Positions 36,264 to 46,126 are shown, counted from the first letter of the stretch. The stretch: DNA of 64,000 bases from an uncultured Methanosarcinales archaeon (GCA_964351975.1 CAYGPK010000002.1:88772-152771); one strand, 5' to 3'. Notes: generated by a model not told the origin, from the sequence alone. Numbers and translations: made by a program.

Positions 36264-38024
36264 ATGAAAATAGATAAATTAATAAAAAAACAAATGATTG
36301 AGGAAGCATCTGCAAATCCTAAAAAATATTTTCCTGTTGATACTCTAGAAAAACTTGGAATGAAAAGACAAAAATGTTCAAATTGTAATGTTATGTTTTG
36401 GGCAAGTGTCAAAAGGGATATTTGTGGTGATACAAACTGTGTTGGAGATTATTCTTTTATCGAAAATACTCCAGCTAAAGTTTCTATGGAATTTCCTACA
36501 TTATACAACACTTGGAGAAAATATATTGAGAAAAGAGGATACACACATGTTGATAGATTTCCAATTGTTGCAAGATGGCGTGATGATTTAGATTTTAACA
36601 TAGCATCAATAATTGGATTTCAACCTTATATTACAAAAGGTGAAGTAGCTCCGCCCGCAGAACTTGTTTCAATTCCTCAAAACTGTTTAAGATTCTCAGA
36701 CATAGATAATATTGGATATACCGGAAGACATGGAACTGGTTTTACAATGATTGGACAATTAGCATTTAAGAAACCACAAGAATATGACCAAGCAAAATAT
36801 GTAAAAGACTTATTTGAATGGTTTACAATTGAAATGAAAATTCCAAAAGAAGAACTACAAATTCACGAAGATGCATGGGTTGGTGGTGGAGATTGTGGAC
36901 CTAGTATGGAATTTTTTTCAAGAGGACTTGAAATTGCAAATCAAGTTTACATGTGGTTTGATATGAGCAATGCACGTGACTTAAGCGATTTGAAACCTTT
37001 AAAAATTAAAGTATTAGATATGGGAATGGGAGCAGAGAGAGCTTGTTGGTTTTCAAAAGGTTCTATGAATCAATATGAAGCAACGATGCCAAGAGTTTGT
37101 AAATACCTTTTTGAAAAAACAGAACTTAAACCAAATTGGGAAGTATATAAAAAGTTTCTACCATACTCAGGAATTCTAAATCTAGATGAAACAGATGACA
37201 TAGAAAAAGAATGGCAAACAATTGCTGATAAAATAAAAGTTGATGTAAATATTTTAAAAACTCAAGTTGAACCACTTGCAGGATTATATTCAATTGCAGA
37301 TCATACTAGAACTCTTCTCTACGCTTTAACAGATGGAGCACTCCCTTCAAATGTTAAAGGTGGATACAATTTAAGACTAGTTCTAAGAAGAGCATTAGAT
37401 TTTATCAACAAATTTAATTGGAATATTGACTTATACGATGTAATAGTTTTGCACTCAGAAGAGTTATCTCCTTTGTATCCTGAATTAAAAAATGAACTCG
37501 AAGGAATTAAAAAAATAATTGATTTAGAAGTTTCCAAACACAAAACTCACAAAGAAAAAGTTGAAAACAAAATTAAAAATTTAGTTAAAACTGGTAAAGA
37601 AATATCACAAGAAGATTTTGTTAAATACTATATCTCTGAAGGAATAACTCCTGATGAAATTAAAGAAGCTTTCGCAAAACAAAATCAAAAAATAAAAATT
37701 CCTGCAAACTTCTTTACATTAGTTACTGAATTTTTTGAAAGTAGAAAAGATTCAGAAAAAAAAGAACAAAAAAATAAATTATCAGAATTTATTACAGATG
37801 TTAAAGAAACAGAAATTTTATTTTACGCTGATACTTACAAAAGTGAAAGTGATGTAAAAATAGTAAAAGAATTTGAATTTGAAAAAAAGAAATATATTAT
37901 ACTTGACAAAACTCTATTCTATCCAACGATGGGTGGACAAAATCATGACATAGGTTTTATAGGTGAAAATAAAGTAGTTAATGTAATTAAAGTTGGACAA
38001 GTAATACTACATCAAGTTGAATAA
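36264..38024 (+). CDS. alaS: Alanine--tRNA ligase, N-terminal (catalytic/tRNA-recognition) part only
   Basis: Archaeal AlaRS-like features: FPIVARWRDDL, GTGFTMIGQLAFKK, MGMGAERACW. It ends ..KTLFYPTMGGQNHDIGFIGENKVVNVIKVGQVILHQVE* at the start of the beta-barrel domain. No HxxxH/CxxxH editing domain follows. Confidence 0.85.
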   Translation: MKIDKLIKKQMIEEASANPKKYFPVDTLEKLGMKRQKCSNCNVMFWASVKRDICGDTNCVGDYSFIENTPAKVSMEFPTLYNTWRKYIEKRGYTHVDRFPIVARWRDDLDFNIASIIGFQPYITKGEVAPPAELVSIPQNCLRFSDIDNIGYTGRHGTGFTMIGQLAFKKPQEYDQAKYVKDLFEWFTIEMKIPKEELQIHEDAWVGGGDCGPSMEFFSRGLEIANQVYMWFDMSNARDLSDLKPLKIKVLDMGMGAERACWFSKGSMNQYEATMPRVCKYLFEKTELKPNWEVYKKFLPYSGILNLDETDDIEKEWQTIADKIKVDVNILKTQVEPLAGLYSIADHTRTLLYALTDGALPSNVKGGYNLRLVLRRALDFINKFNWNIDLYDVIVLHSEELSPLYPELKNELEGIKKIIDLEVSKHKTHKEKVENKIKNLVKTGKEISQEDFVKYYISEGITPDEIKEAFAKQNQKIKIPANFFTLVTEFFESRKDSEKKEQKNKLSEFITDVKETEILFYADTYKSESDVKIVKEFEFEKKKYIILDKTLFYPTMGGQNHDIGFIGENKVVNVIKVGQVILHQVE

Positions 38025-38047
38025 AATTATGATTAAATAAAATATTT

Positions 38048-38554
38048 TTAATCTTTTTTAATTACATTTCTAACTTTCAGAAAATCTAGTATTCCTTGAT
38101 ATTGATTTAATGTTGCAAATAATTCCTCATCATCAATAGTGTTATATTTATTATAAATTGAAATTAAATGTGCCGATAATAAATTCAAATCTTGATAATG
38201 TAAATTACTAAATCTTGTTGATAAGAACAAAGTTATAAAAAATAGTGTAGTTCCAAAAAAACTAACTATTTTACTAATAAATAAAGCAACACTAGATAAA
38301 ATCAAAGAATCTGAAAATATATAAGAAATAAATGAAAAATAAATTCCGACATAAGAAAAAAGAATTATAAGTTGTAACCTTTTTACTGCCCTTAATCTCT
38401 CCTCAACTAAGTTCTCAATTCTTGCAACATTTCTCTTATCTTTCTCATCAGAAACATTTATTTTTTCAGATAAATAAGAGAGATAATTTTGAATTCTCAC
38501 ATATCTCGTAATACCAAGTAAATAATATTTTTCTTTTATTTTACCTAAAACCAT
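38048..38554 (-). CDS. Membrane protein (168 aa)
   Basis: Charged N-terminal region followed by two to three TM helices. No family recognised. Confidence 0.5.
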   Translation of the reverse strand: MVLGKIKEKYYLLGITRYVRIQNYLSYLSEKINVSDEKDKRNVARIENLVEERLRAVKRLQLIILFSYVGIYFSFISYIFSDSLILSSVALFISKIVSFFGTTLFFITLFLSTRFSNLHYQDLNLLSAHLISIYNKYNTIDDEELFATLNQYQGILDFLKVRNVIKKD

Positions 38555-38657
38555 TTTATACCTAAACTAAAATTGAACTTAATTGTTTATAAAACTTCTT
38601 CATAATCCCTTAAAAGAAACAACAAAGCTATATTAAAACTTAAAATATTATATAAAT

Positions 38658-39458
38658 ATGAATCAAAAAGAAATCGAAAAAGCAATTAATAAGCTTTCAA
38701 CAAATGGAAAAACATTATTCTTAGCGCAAGATCAAGGTCTTGAACATGGGCCTCACGAATTAGAAGGTGAAACTCTAAATCCTGATTACATTTTTAACAT
38801 AGCAGAGAAAGGTGAATTTGATGGTTTTATCTGTCATAAAGGACTTGCTGAAAAATATGGAAGTAGTTACAAAACAAATATTGTTCTTAAAGTAAATGGT
38901 AAATCTCTACTTGGACCAAAAGATGATCCTTATTCACCAGTTGTATGCAGTGTTAAAAGAGCAGTTGATTTAAACGCTAAAGCAATTGGATTTACAAATT
39001 TTCCAGGTTCAAAATATCAAGATAAAATCTTTGAAGACTTTAGAAAAGTTCAAGAAGAAGCTCATGATTTTGGATTACCTGTAACTAGTTGGATGTACCC
39101 TAGAGGGACTGCGATAAAAAATGATATAGAGAGAGAAACATTGGCATATTCAGCGAGAATTGGCCTAGAATTAGGTGCCGATATGGTAAAAATGAAATAC
39201 AACGGCAATAAAGAAGATATGAAATACCAAATCAAAGCTGCAGGTAAAGCAAAACTCTTAATGGCAGGTGGTTCTAAAACACACACATCTAAAGAATTTC
39301 TAAAAGAAGTTCAAGATGTTAACGAGTGCGGAGCACATGGGTTTGCAATTGGTAGAAACATATGGCTTCATAAAAATCCAATTGGAATGAGCAAAGCAAT
39401 AAGAGATGTACAAATAAGACAAAAAAGTATTTACGATGCTCTAAAAAGATTAGAATAA
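38658..39458 (+). CDS. Class I (DhnA/archaeal-type) fructose-bisphosphate aldolase family protein
   Basis: LAQDQGLEHGP, GADMVKMKY (Schiff-base Lys context), GFAIGRNIW. Cannot be distinguished from the ADH-synthase paralogue by eye. Confidence 0.75.
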   Translation: MNQKEIEKAINKLSTNGKTLFLAQDQGLEHGPHELEGETLNPDYIFNIAEKGEFDGFICHKGLAEKYGSSYKTNIVLKVNGKSLLGPKDDPYSPVVCSVKRAVDLNAKAIGFTNFPGSKYQDKIFEDFRKVQEEAHDFGLPVTSWMYPRGTAIKNDIERETLAYSARIGLELGADMVKMKYNGNKEDMKYQIKAAGKAKLLMAGGSKTHTSKEFLKEVQDVNECGAHGFAIGRNIWLHKNPIGMSKAIRDVQIRQKSIYDALKRLE

Positions 39459-39475
39459 ATACCAAAATAAAAAGA

Positions 39476-39483
39476 TTTATAAA
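39476..39483 (+). promoter_or_regulatory. TATA box (TTTATAAA) for the 5S rRNA gene
   Basis: ~22-24 nt upstream of the inferred 5' end of 5S. Confidence 0.5.
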
Positions 39484-39505
39484 GCAAATCTAGTTATTCT
39501 ATATT

Positions 39506-39620
39506 AAGAAGGTTCATATAGCTTCGGGTTACACCTGTTCCCATCTCGAACACAGAAGTTAAGACGAGTTAGCCTTTACGAGTACTGTTATCTAACGGAA
39601 AAGTAGAGGTGACCTTCCAC
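39506..39620 (+). rRNA. rrf: 5S ribosomal RNA (ends +/- 5 nt)
   Basis: Conserved core cacctgttcccatctcgaacacagaagttaag. The terminal helix GAAGGU (39508..) pairs with ACCUUC (..39617). G+C-rich island in an AT-rich spacer. Confidence 0.85.
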
Positions 39621-39708
39621 TTAATCTAAACATAAATAATCAAAACTACTAATTATACTCTATTAAATTACAAATAACAATTATAAACTTTAAATTCTAA
39701 TTAGACAT

Positions 39709-39963
39709 ATGTCAAATATTAAATTATACACTAAACCAACCTGTCCATTTTGTAATCACGCCAAAGACTTGTTAAAATCATTAGAACAAACTTATGAAGA
39801 TGTAAATGTATATGAGAATAATGAGGAATACGAAAGAATTGCAAAAGAATTAAATTATGAAACTGTTCCATTAATCTTCATTAATAATAAATTTATTGGA
39901 GGAGATTCTGAATTAATTCAATTATTAGATTCAGGAGAATTAGTTAAAATGTTAAAAGATTAG
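39709..39963 (+). CDS. Glutaredoxin-like protein
   Basis: KLYTKPTCPFCNHAKDLL (CPFC active site), TVPLIFINNKFIGG. Confidence 0.85.
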   Translation: MSNIKLYTKPTCPFCNHAKDLLKSLEQTYEDVNVYENNEEYERIAKELNYETVPLIFINNKFIGGDSELIQLLDSGELVKMLKD

Positions 39964-40019
39964 AATAATAGATTTCAGTAAAAACAAATCTATATAAACA
40001 ATATTTATTAAATATAACT

Positions 40020-40784
40020 ATGGATAAGGATATTCAAAAAGGAATTAAAATTGCTATAGGATTTTTTTTTACTTTAACAATTCTTTTTGGTATTGTCTTT
40101 GCAGTTGGATTTCACAGCGCATCAGAAATTGTTGCTGGGGTTTTTCAAGGTGATTATACCTTTAATGGTTCTATAATTATAAATGATAATGCAACATTTA
40201 ATGGAGATGTAAATTTTACAGGTACTGTAATAGGTGTTGACTCAGTCCCACAAAATGCAGTTTTAAGTTTTAACGATAGTTCTTGCCCTACTGGTTGGTC
40301 AGTATATTCTTCAAGTACTTTTACAAGTGATTTAGTTCCAACTCTTAGTTCTAACACTCACGTAGATGGAAATGCCACAGGTTCAAGTGGAACAATTTAT
40401 GTAGCATTTAATGAAGTATATACTGGATACGGAAATAGTTGGGATGGAGGACCACCCCCTTCATGGATAGGATTTAATTTTACAACTCCACAAACTATTG
40501 GACAATATACAATTCGTGCTAGAAATACTGATAGTAATGATGCATCCTATTCTCCAAATACTTGGAATTTCCAAGGATACAACGGAACTTCTTGGGTTAC
40601 AATTGAAAGTCAATCTGGACAAACATTTTCTAGTGGCCAACAAAGAATATACAACAGTTTTACAAACACAAATTCCTACAATGCTTATAGAGTATACATA
40701 ACTGCAAACAATGGAGGTTATGGTTCTTTAATTGGAGAAATGGAAATGATGGGAATAAGTACAGTTACTTGTAGTAAAGATTAG
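40020..40784 (+). CDS. Class III-signal-like / membrane-anchored protein with one canonical-order discoidin (F5/8 type C)-like domain
   Basis: N-terminus MDKDIQKG/IKIAIGFFFTLTILFGIVFAVGF. PSWIGFNFTTPQTIGQYTIRARN...WNFQGYNGTSWVTI...AYRVYITANNGGYGSLIGEMEMMG. Confidence 0.6.
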   Translation: MDKDIQKGIKIAIGFFFTLTILFGIVFAVGFHSASEIVAGVFQGDYTFNGSIIINDNATFNGDVNFTGTVIGVDSVPQNAVLSFNDSSCPTGWSVYSSSTFTSDLVPTLSSNTHVDGNATGSSGTIYVAFNEVYTGYGNSWDGGPPPSWIGFNFTTPQTIGQYTIRARNTDSNDASYSPNTWNFQGYNGTSWVTIESQSGQTFSSGQQRIYNSFTNTNSYNAYRVYITANNGGYGSLIGEMEMMGISTVTCSKD

Positions 40785-40790
40785 AATATT

Positions 40791-43649
40791 TTACTCTTCA
40801 AAAAGTTCCATCAAATCTTGCCATTCAAGTTTCTTCATAACACCGTTATCCTCAACAACAATGTTCTCAAATAGATTACCTTTTCTCTCTTGTAATTTAA
40901 GGATTTTCTCTTCAATTGAATTCTTTGTAATAAATTTGTAAATATTAACTTTCTTAGTTTGACCAATTCTATGAGCACGATCAACTGCTTGTTGTTCTGC
41001 CATTGGGTTCCACCAAGGATCATATAAAAAAACAGCACTTGCTGAAGTTAAATTAAGTCCGACTCCACCCGCTTTAAGACTTATTAAAAATACTTTAATA
41101 TCATCGTCGTCGTTGAATCTATCAACAACTTCTTGTCTGTTCTTAGTTGAACCATCAAGTCTTACAAAAGTAATACCTTTCTCATTCAAATCTTTCTCAA
41201 AAATATTAAGCATACTTGTAAACTGACTAAATACAAGAACCTTCTCTCCACCTTCAATAACTTCAGTTAAAAGTTCTAAAAATTGATTGTACTTACCTGA
41301 AATATCTTGCTCTCCTTTAAAAGTATCATCAATTAAACTTGGATGATTACAAACTTGCCTTAATTTAAGAAGAGCTGATAAAACTTGAATTCTTGATCTA
41401 TCAAACCCTTGCGTTTGAACTAATTTATTAACTTCGTCTTTAACACGATTCAATACTTCACTGTAAACTGCAACTTGTTTATTAGTCATCTCATTATATA
41501 CAATTTGCTCTTGTTTATCTGGTAATTCTTTAAGTACTTCTTTCTTTGTTCTTCTTAAGATAAAAGGCCTAATCTTTGCCTGTAAAATTTCAAGTGCGAT
41601 CATATTGTTTCTCTCAACCTTTGAAACAAAATCACGTCTAAACTCTAACTTAGAACCTAAATATCCTGGCATAATTAACTCAAAAGTTCCATATAATTCA
41701 TCTAAATTATTTTCAAGCGGAGTTCCAGTTAAAAGAACCTTTCTTCTAGCAGGAATTAATCTTACCGCCTTTGAGGATAAAGTCTTCATATTCTTAACAT
41801 AATGAGCCTCATCAAGTATCGCATAATTGAATTTAGCGTTAACATCTATATACTCAACATAATCTTTTTGAAGCATTGAATAAGAAGTAATTACAATATC
41901 ATATCCTTCAATCTCTGCAATTAATCTCTTTCTTTTATCAGAATCATTATCTACAATCAAAACTTTCATATGTGGATAATACTTCTTAACTTCATTCTCC
42001 CAATTATAAATTAAAGATTTAGGACAAATAACAATATGTGGAACACCTTCTACTCTATTCATATCTAAAACAGTTAGTGCTTGAATAGTTTTTCCAAGAC
42101 CCATTTCATCAGCTAAAATCCCACCAAATCCATATTTTTTCAAAAAATGAAGCCAATACACACCTTCCTTCTGATAATCTCTTAAAATTCCTCTAGTGTT
42201 CTCAGGCATATCAATTTCTTCAATAGGAGTTCTATCTTTAAGTTCCATAATCAAGTTTTTATATTCATCATTGGACTTAACAGTTTTTCCTTCCATATCT
42301 TTTAAAAATTCATCAAGTTCAAGAGCTGTCGCTTGTTCAGTCTTATACATACCTTCACTTTTTTTAAATTCAAATTTATTCAAAAATTCAATCCATTTGT
42401 TAATCTCACGTATATTCTCAATATTAACTGTTGAACCATCTTTTAATTGAATAAATTTCTTATTCTTTTGCATAAGCTCTTTTAAAAAATCTAAATCAAA
42501 ATACTCTTCTCCAACTTTAAATTTTACTTTAAATTCAAATAAGTTAAGATTTCTTTTAAGCATTGAATCAATTTCAAAATTAATTCTTCCAACTGAAAAA
42601 TCAAGACGCCTTCCATCTTTATATTTAATATCAAATAACTCTTCAATCTTTGGAACAATCTTATTTGTAAAAACATCCAAGTTAGAAATAGGAACTAAAA
42701 TTTGAAAAGGTGTTTTTTCACTACTTGAATATCTAATCCTTATTCCTTCAAAGATTTCAGAAATAACATCTTTTGAAAAAGTTTCATCGCATACATATCT
42801 AAGAAGTTTATTTTCTTCTTTAACAACTTTAATTTCAGATTTTTTATCAAGCCAATTAATAGTCTCAAAATATTTATAATTATCAACAGGAAATAAATCC
42901 TCCCCAATTTGATATCTAAAATTCATATTAATGAAATGAGCACTCTTTCCAATCTCAATAACAATTGGTGCAACTTTAGTCTCAACATTCATAGAAAAAA
43001 GTTTCTTTACATCTTCTGATAAAGATACAGTCTCAGCATTTTTTAAACTATAAATCAAAGTATCTTTCAAATCTAAAAATATTTCAATTGGGAATTTATT
43101 CTTCCCAGAAACAAACTCTTTGTAAATTCGCAGAGGCAAAGTTTGATTAACATGATATAAAATATTATCTTTTAAGAAGTAACCTCTTGTAACACCAAAG
43201 AAAAATTCACCTGAATCAATAATTTTAATTTCAACATTAGAACTCTCATCAATAAATACTTCCATATTAAATTTGAAATCTTTTTTTGCAAATTTAATTT
43301 CTGAATCATTGAAAATAATTTTTTGATTAGAACCTTCCAAATCAGAAAATACAATCTCAACATCCCCAATTACTTTGTGAATAGTTTGAACAATTCCTAA
43401 TTTGTGAATTAAATGTGTAATTAATCTAACATCGGATTCTGATAAGAATTTTTTAGATTCATTTAAGGTTAAAAGTGCATTTAATTCTCCAGGGTTTAAC
43501 CTATCTGAATCAATTTCACAGTAAATTTCAAAATGAAAATTTTCTAGACTTCTAAGTACATACTTAAAATCTTTATACTTCTCAACAATTGGATATGTTT
43601 TCTTATCTTGCCCCTTTAGAATATTTGTATCAAAATAATTTTTACTCAT
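40791..43649 (-). CDS. SNF2-family helicase with a ~480-aa N-terminal accessory domain
   Basis: LADEMGLGKTIQ (motif I), AILDEAHYVKN (DEAH), LLTGTPLENN, SLKAGGVGLNLT, QQAVDRAHRIGQ. Confidence 0.9.
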   Translation of the reverse strand: MSKNYFDTNILKGQDKKTYPIVEKYKDFKYVLRSLENFHFEIYCEIDSDRLNPGELNALLTLNESKKFLSESDVRLITHLIHKLGIVQTIHKVIGDVEIVFSDLEGSNQKIIFNDSEIKFAKKDFKFNMEVFIDESSNVEIKIIDSGEFFFGVTRGYFLKDNILYHVNQTLPLRIYKEFVSGKNKFPIEIFLDLKDTLIYSLKNAETVSLSEDVKKLFSMNVETKVAPIVIEIGKSAHFINMNFRYQIGEDLFPVDNYKYFETINWLDKKSEIKVVKEENKLLRYVCDETFSKDVISEIFEGIRIRYSSSEKTPFQILVPISNLDVFTNKIVPKIEELFDIKYKDGRRLDFSVGRINFEIDSMLKRNLNLFEFKVKFKVGEEYFDLDFLKELMQKNKKFIQLKDGSTVNIENIREINKWIEFLNKFEFKKSEGMYKTEQATALELDEFLKDMEGKTVKSNDEYKNLIMELKDRTPIEEIDMPENTRGILRDYQKEGVYWLHFLKKYGFGGILADEMGLGKTIQALTVLDMNRVEGVPHIVICPKSLIYNWENEVKKYYPHMKVLIVDNDSDKRKRLIAEIEGYDIVITSYSMLQKDYVEYIDVNAKFNYAILDEAHYVKNMKTLSSKAVRLIPARRKVLLTGTPLENNLDELYGTFELIMPGYLGSKLEFRRDFVSKVERNNMIALEILQAKIRPFILRRTKKEVLKELPDKQEQIVYNEMTNKQVAVYSEVLNRVKDEVNKLVQTQGFDRSRIQVLSALLKLRQVCNHPSLIDDTFKGEQDISGKYNQFLELLTEVIEGGEKVLVFSQFTSMLNIFEKDLNEKGITFVRLDGSTKNRQEVVDRFNDDDDIKVFLISLKAGGVGLNLTSASAVFLYDPWWNPMAEQQAVDRAHRIGQTKKVNIYKFITKNSIEEKILKLQERKGNLFENIVVEDNGVMKKLEWQDLMELFEE

Positions 43650-43769
43650 AAATCACCGGAAGAGATAATGATTTATAAAATCTTCCATTATATGAAATTA
43701 TCATACAGATAGTTTTATAAAGGGTTTCTTATTGTTTTTAATTAGATTAACATCGGGTAAATAATAAAA

Positions 43770-43931
43770 ATGAAAGGAACACCATCAATGGGAAAAAAGA
43801 GCTCTGGAAAGCTCCATATTATGTGTAGAAGATGCGGTAGAAGATCTTTTCACATGAAAAGAAAAGTATGTTCATCTTGCAATTACGGTAAATCCGCAAG
43901 AATGAGAAGTTATAGTTGCTATAACGATTAA
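43770..43931 (+). CDS. rpl37e: 50S ribosomal protein eL37 (53 aa; absent from the ORF track)
   Basis: My translation is [55 protein letters not shown]...C..C zinc ribbon, closely like archaeal L37e. Confidence 0.85.
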   Translation: MKGTPSMGKKSSGKLHIMCRRCGRRSFHMKRKVCSSCNYGKSARMRSYSCYND

Positions 43932-43952
43932 AAATATTAACAAACTTTTATT

Positions 43953-45053
43953 CTAATCTAAAATAGTAACTATCTTATCTTTATTTTGTTTAATATATTT
44001 TTTCAAAATCTTTAAATCATCAATTTTAACTTTTCCAATAAATAAGTCTTTTACATCATTTTTTTCAGCAAATTTTTTAACTTTTAAATATCCACTAAAA
44101 TAAACATAATCCTTCGTAAAACCCCCTTTTTGTGAAGTGTCACATAAATTTCTCTTAACCCTAAAAGTAATTGCAAATGCAGCATCATCTCTAAATTCTA
44201 GTTTTTTTAAAATCATAAAAATTTCATAAAAGCTTTTCTTAGGAGCGTAATAAGATGCAATAACACGCCCTGCATAAATAAACATTTGCGCCTTAGAACT
44301 AACTCCTTTTAACTCTTCCATATAAGCTGCAAGACCTTCCTCAGTTTCCAAATAGTTCTTAGTTCCAGTCTCAAGAATTCTTCTACCTAAAAGATGACCA
44401 TTGTAATATCTCATATAATGTGTTCCAATTTCATGTACTTTTAATCTCTTCAAATCAAGACTTGTAAAAGTTTCATCTGGGTTAATTTGTATTAAATTTG
44501 CATAAGCTTCAATGTTTACTTTAGCATTAATTTGTGCATATCTAATAGTTATATTTTTTCCAGTTAATCTCTTAACTTCTTTTTTTAAGTCATCACCAAC
44601 AACCTTGGGAGTTATTCTTTTAAATCTAACTTTTTCTCTCTCAAATTCCTTACAAAATTTCATAGCTTTTTTAAACAAAAAATAATTAGGTAACCCCCAA
44701 TATTTAATAGCGTAAACAGATCCAAGAGGATGTCCCCAATGATTATGATAATTAACTTGAAGAATTTTATTTTTAATAACTTCAAGATATAATTTCTTAA
44801 AACCAAATTTATTACCTGATTTGAAAGTAAAATTGTTCAATTCTTCAAGAACTTCAATATTTTGTTTTTTTTTTACATATCTTAGTTGTGGGTTATATAT
44901 TTCATCATCTACTAATGCCTTAAAAAAAGTTTTTTTTTCAGATTGTAAATTAAGAGGTTTTGGAAAAATAAATGAAAATTTATTTAATATTTCAAAATAA
45001 TCTTTTTCTATCTCTTCAATCTCTCTCCAATACTTCTCCTCTTTATCTTTCAC
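43953..45053 (-). CDS. DUF1704/MATCAP-like putative metallocarboxypeptidase (QEGLA-motif family)
   Basis: VHEIGTHYMRY (HExxxH-type) and ETEEGLAAYME (EGLA motif) at the spacing I recall for this family. Confidence 0.45.
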   Translation of the reverse strand: MKDKEEKYWREIEEIEKDYFEILNKFSFIFPKPLNLQSEKKTFFKALVDDEIYNPQLRYVKKKQNIEVLEELNNFTFKSGNKFGFKKLYLEVIKNKILQVNYHNHWGHPLGSVYAIKYWGLPNYFLFKKAMKFCKEFEREKVRFKRITPKVVGDDLKKEVKRLTGKNITIRYAQINAKVNIEAYANLIQINPDETFTSLDLKRLKVHEIGTHYMRYYNGHLLGRRILETGTKNYLETEEGLAAYMEELKGVSSKAQMFIYAGRVIASYYAPKKSFYEIFMILKKLEFRDDAAFAITFRVKRNLCDTSQKGGFTKDYVYFSGYLKVKKFAEKNDVKDLFIGKVKIDDLKILKKYIKQNKDKIVTILD

Positions 45054-45558
45054 TTTCTAATAAACCTCTAAATGTGAAATTAAATTGTTTTGCTCTATCA
45101 AGAGAAGTTTTAGCTTTACTTCTTTTAATACTTGAAGAAGTCTCATATTGAAATTTAGATCTTTTTAGTCTTTCTAATTCATAATTTTCAACTAAAGATT
45201 GAGATAAAGATAAAGCTTCTTCTTTTTCCTCTTCATAATTCTCTAAGAAATCATAGATTTCTTGATTTTTAACTAATACAAATAAACTATCTGAAACTAC
45301 TTTATGGACTATTTTATGTGAAACCTTATATCCTAATTTTAACAAATAAGCATTAGCTAAATAAAATTGAGAATAATAAGAAATAACTATTACACATAAA
45401 TCTGAGTTATTTTCATTAAAAAGTTTATTTGCAACTTCCAAGCTTTCTTGAGAATTTTTCAAATAAGTATCATAAATTAGAGGATTAAAATCAACTTTCT
45501 TTATTAGCCCATCATTCAAATACTGTTTAAAATTTTGCTCTGCTTTTTTTCTATCCAT
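45043..45558 (-). CDS. HEPN-like helical protein (partner of the upstream nucleotidyltransferase)
   Basis: ESLEVANKLF......VISYYSQFYLANAYLLKLGYKVSHKIVH is HEPN-like. Overlaps the MNT gene by 8 nt. I see no Rx4-6H motif. Confidence 0.45.
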   Translation of the reverse strand: MDRKKAEQNFKQYLNDGLIKKVDFNPLIYDTYLKNSQESLEVANKLFNENNSDLCVIVISYYSQFYLANAYLLKLGYKVSHKIVHKVVSDSLFVLVKNQEIYDFLENYEEEKEEALSLSQSLVENYELERLKRSKFQYETSSSIKRSKAKTSLDRAKQFNFTFRGLLESER

Positions 45559-46126
45559 TTTTTATTAAATCATAATAACTTTCAATACCAAATAAGATAA
45601 TATTTTTTTTAGTTATTTCAGAAGAAATGTCTACATTTTTTACATTTAACATTGATTTATATTCTTCAAATGAAAAAGTCTGTAAATGAATATCAAGAGG
45701 TAAAATTGAAAATTTTGAAGTTATTTTTTTTACTATCTCATTATTATCACAAATTATACAAATATCTATATCTGAATTTTTATTTTGTTTATTATTAACA
45801 TAAGAACCAAAAAGTAAAACAATTAAAAAAGAATAATTTAAGCTATTAATATCATTGAATACCCTTTTAATATCCTTACTTCTTTCAATAACTTTTAATC
45901 TTCTTCGAGTTTCGACTTCTAAAACTTTTTTATTAAAATTAAAATTAAATGATATTTGATTTGAATTTCCTACTTTTTTTAAATTAATTAAATTTTCAGT
46001 TTCTAATCTTTTTATAATTTCATATGTTACCTTATAACTAATTTCTAAGTTTTTAGAGATTTCATTAATTGTATAAATTTTATCATTATTTTCAATTAAG
46101 TAAGTTAATATTTTCATCTCAGTCAT
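45551..46126 (-). CDS. wHTH-fused minimal nucleotidyltransferase (MNT)
   Basis: N-terminal ILTYLIENNDKIYTINEISKNLEISYKVTYEIIKRLETENLI (wHTH). LLFGSYVNNKQNKNSDIDICII (GSx10-12DxD NTase motif). Confidence 0.65.
   Translation of the reverse strand: MTEMKILTYLIENNDKIYTINEISKNLEISYKVTYEIIKRLETENLINLKKVGNSNQISFNFNFNKKVLEVETRRRLKVIERSKDIKRVFNDINSLNYSFLIVLLFGSYVNNKQNKNSDIDICIICDNNEIVKKITSKFSILPLDIHLQTFSFEEYKSMLNVKNVDISSEITKKNIILFGIESYYDLIKNG

Noticed and set aside
40791-43649. SNF2 helicase as part of a defence island (DISARM/Zorya-like).
   Set aside because: No methyltransferase, PLD or DUF1998 protein, and no other recognised partner, is adjacent. The neighbours are rpl37e and a surface-protein gene. 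The long N-terminal domain looks like the common SNF2-associated accessory region.
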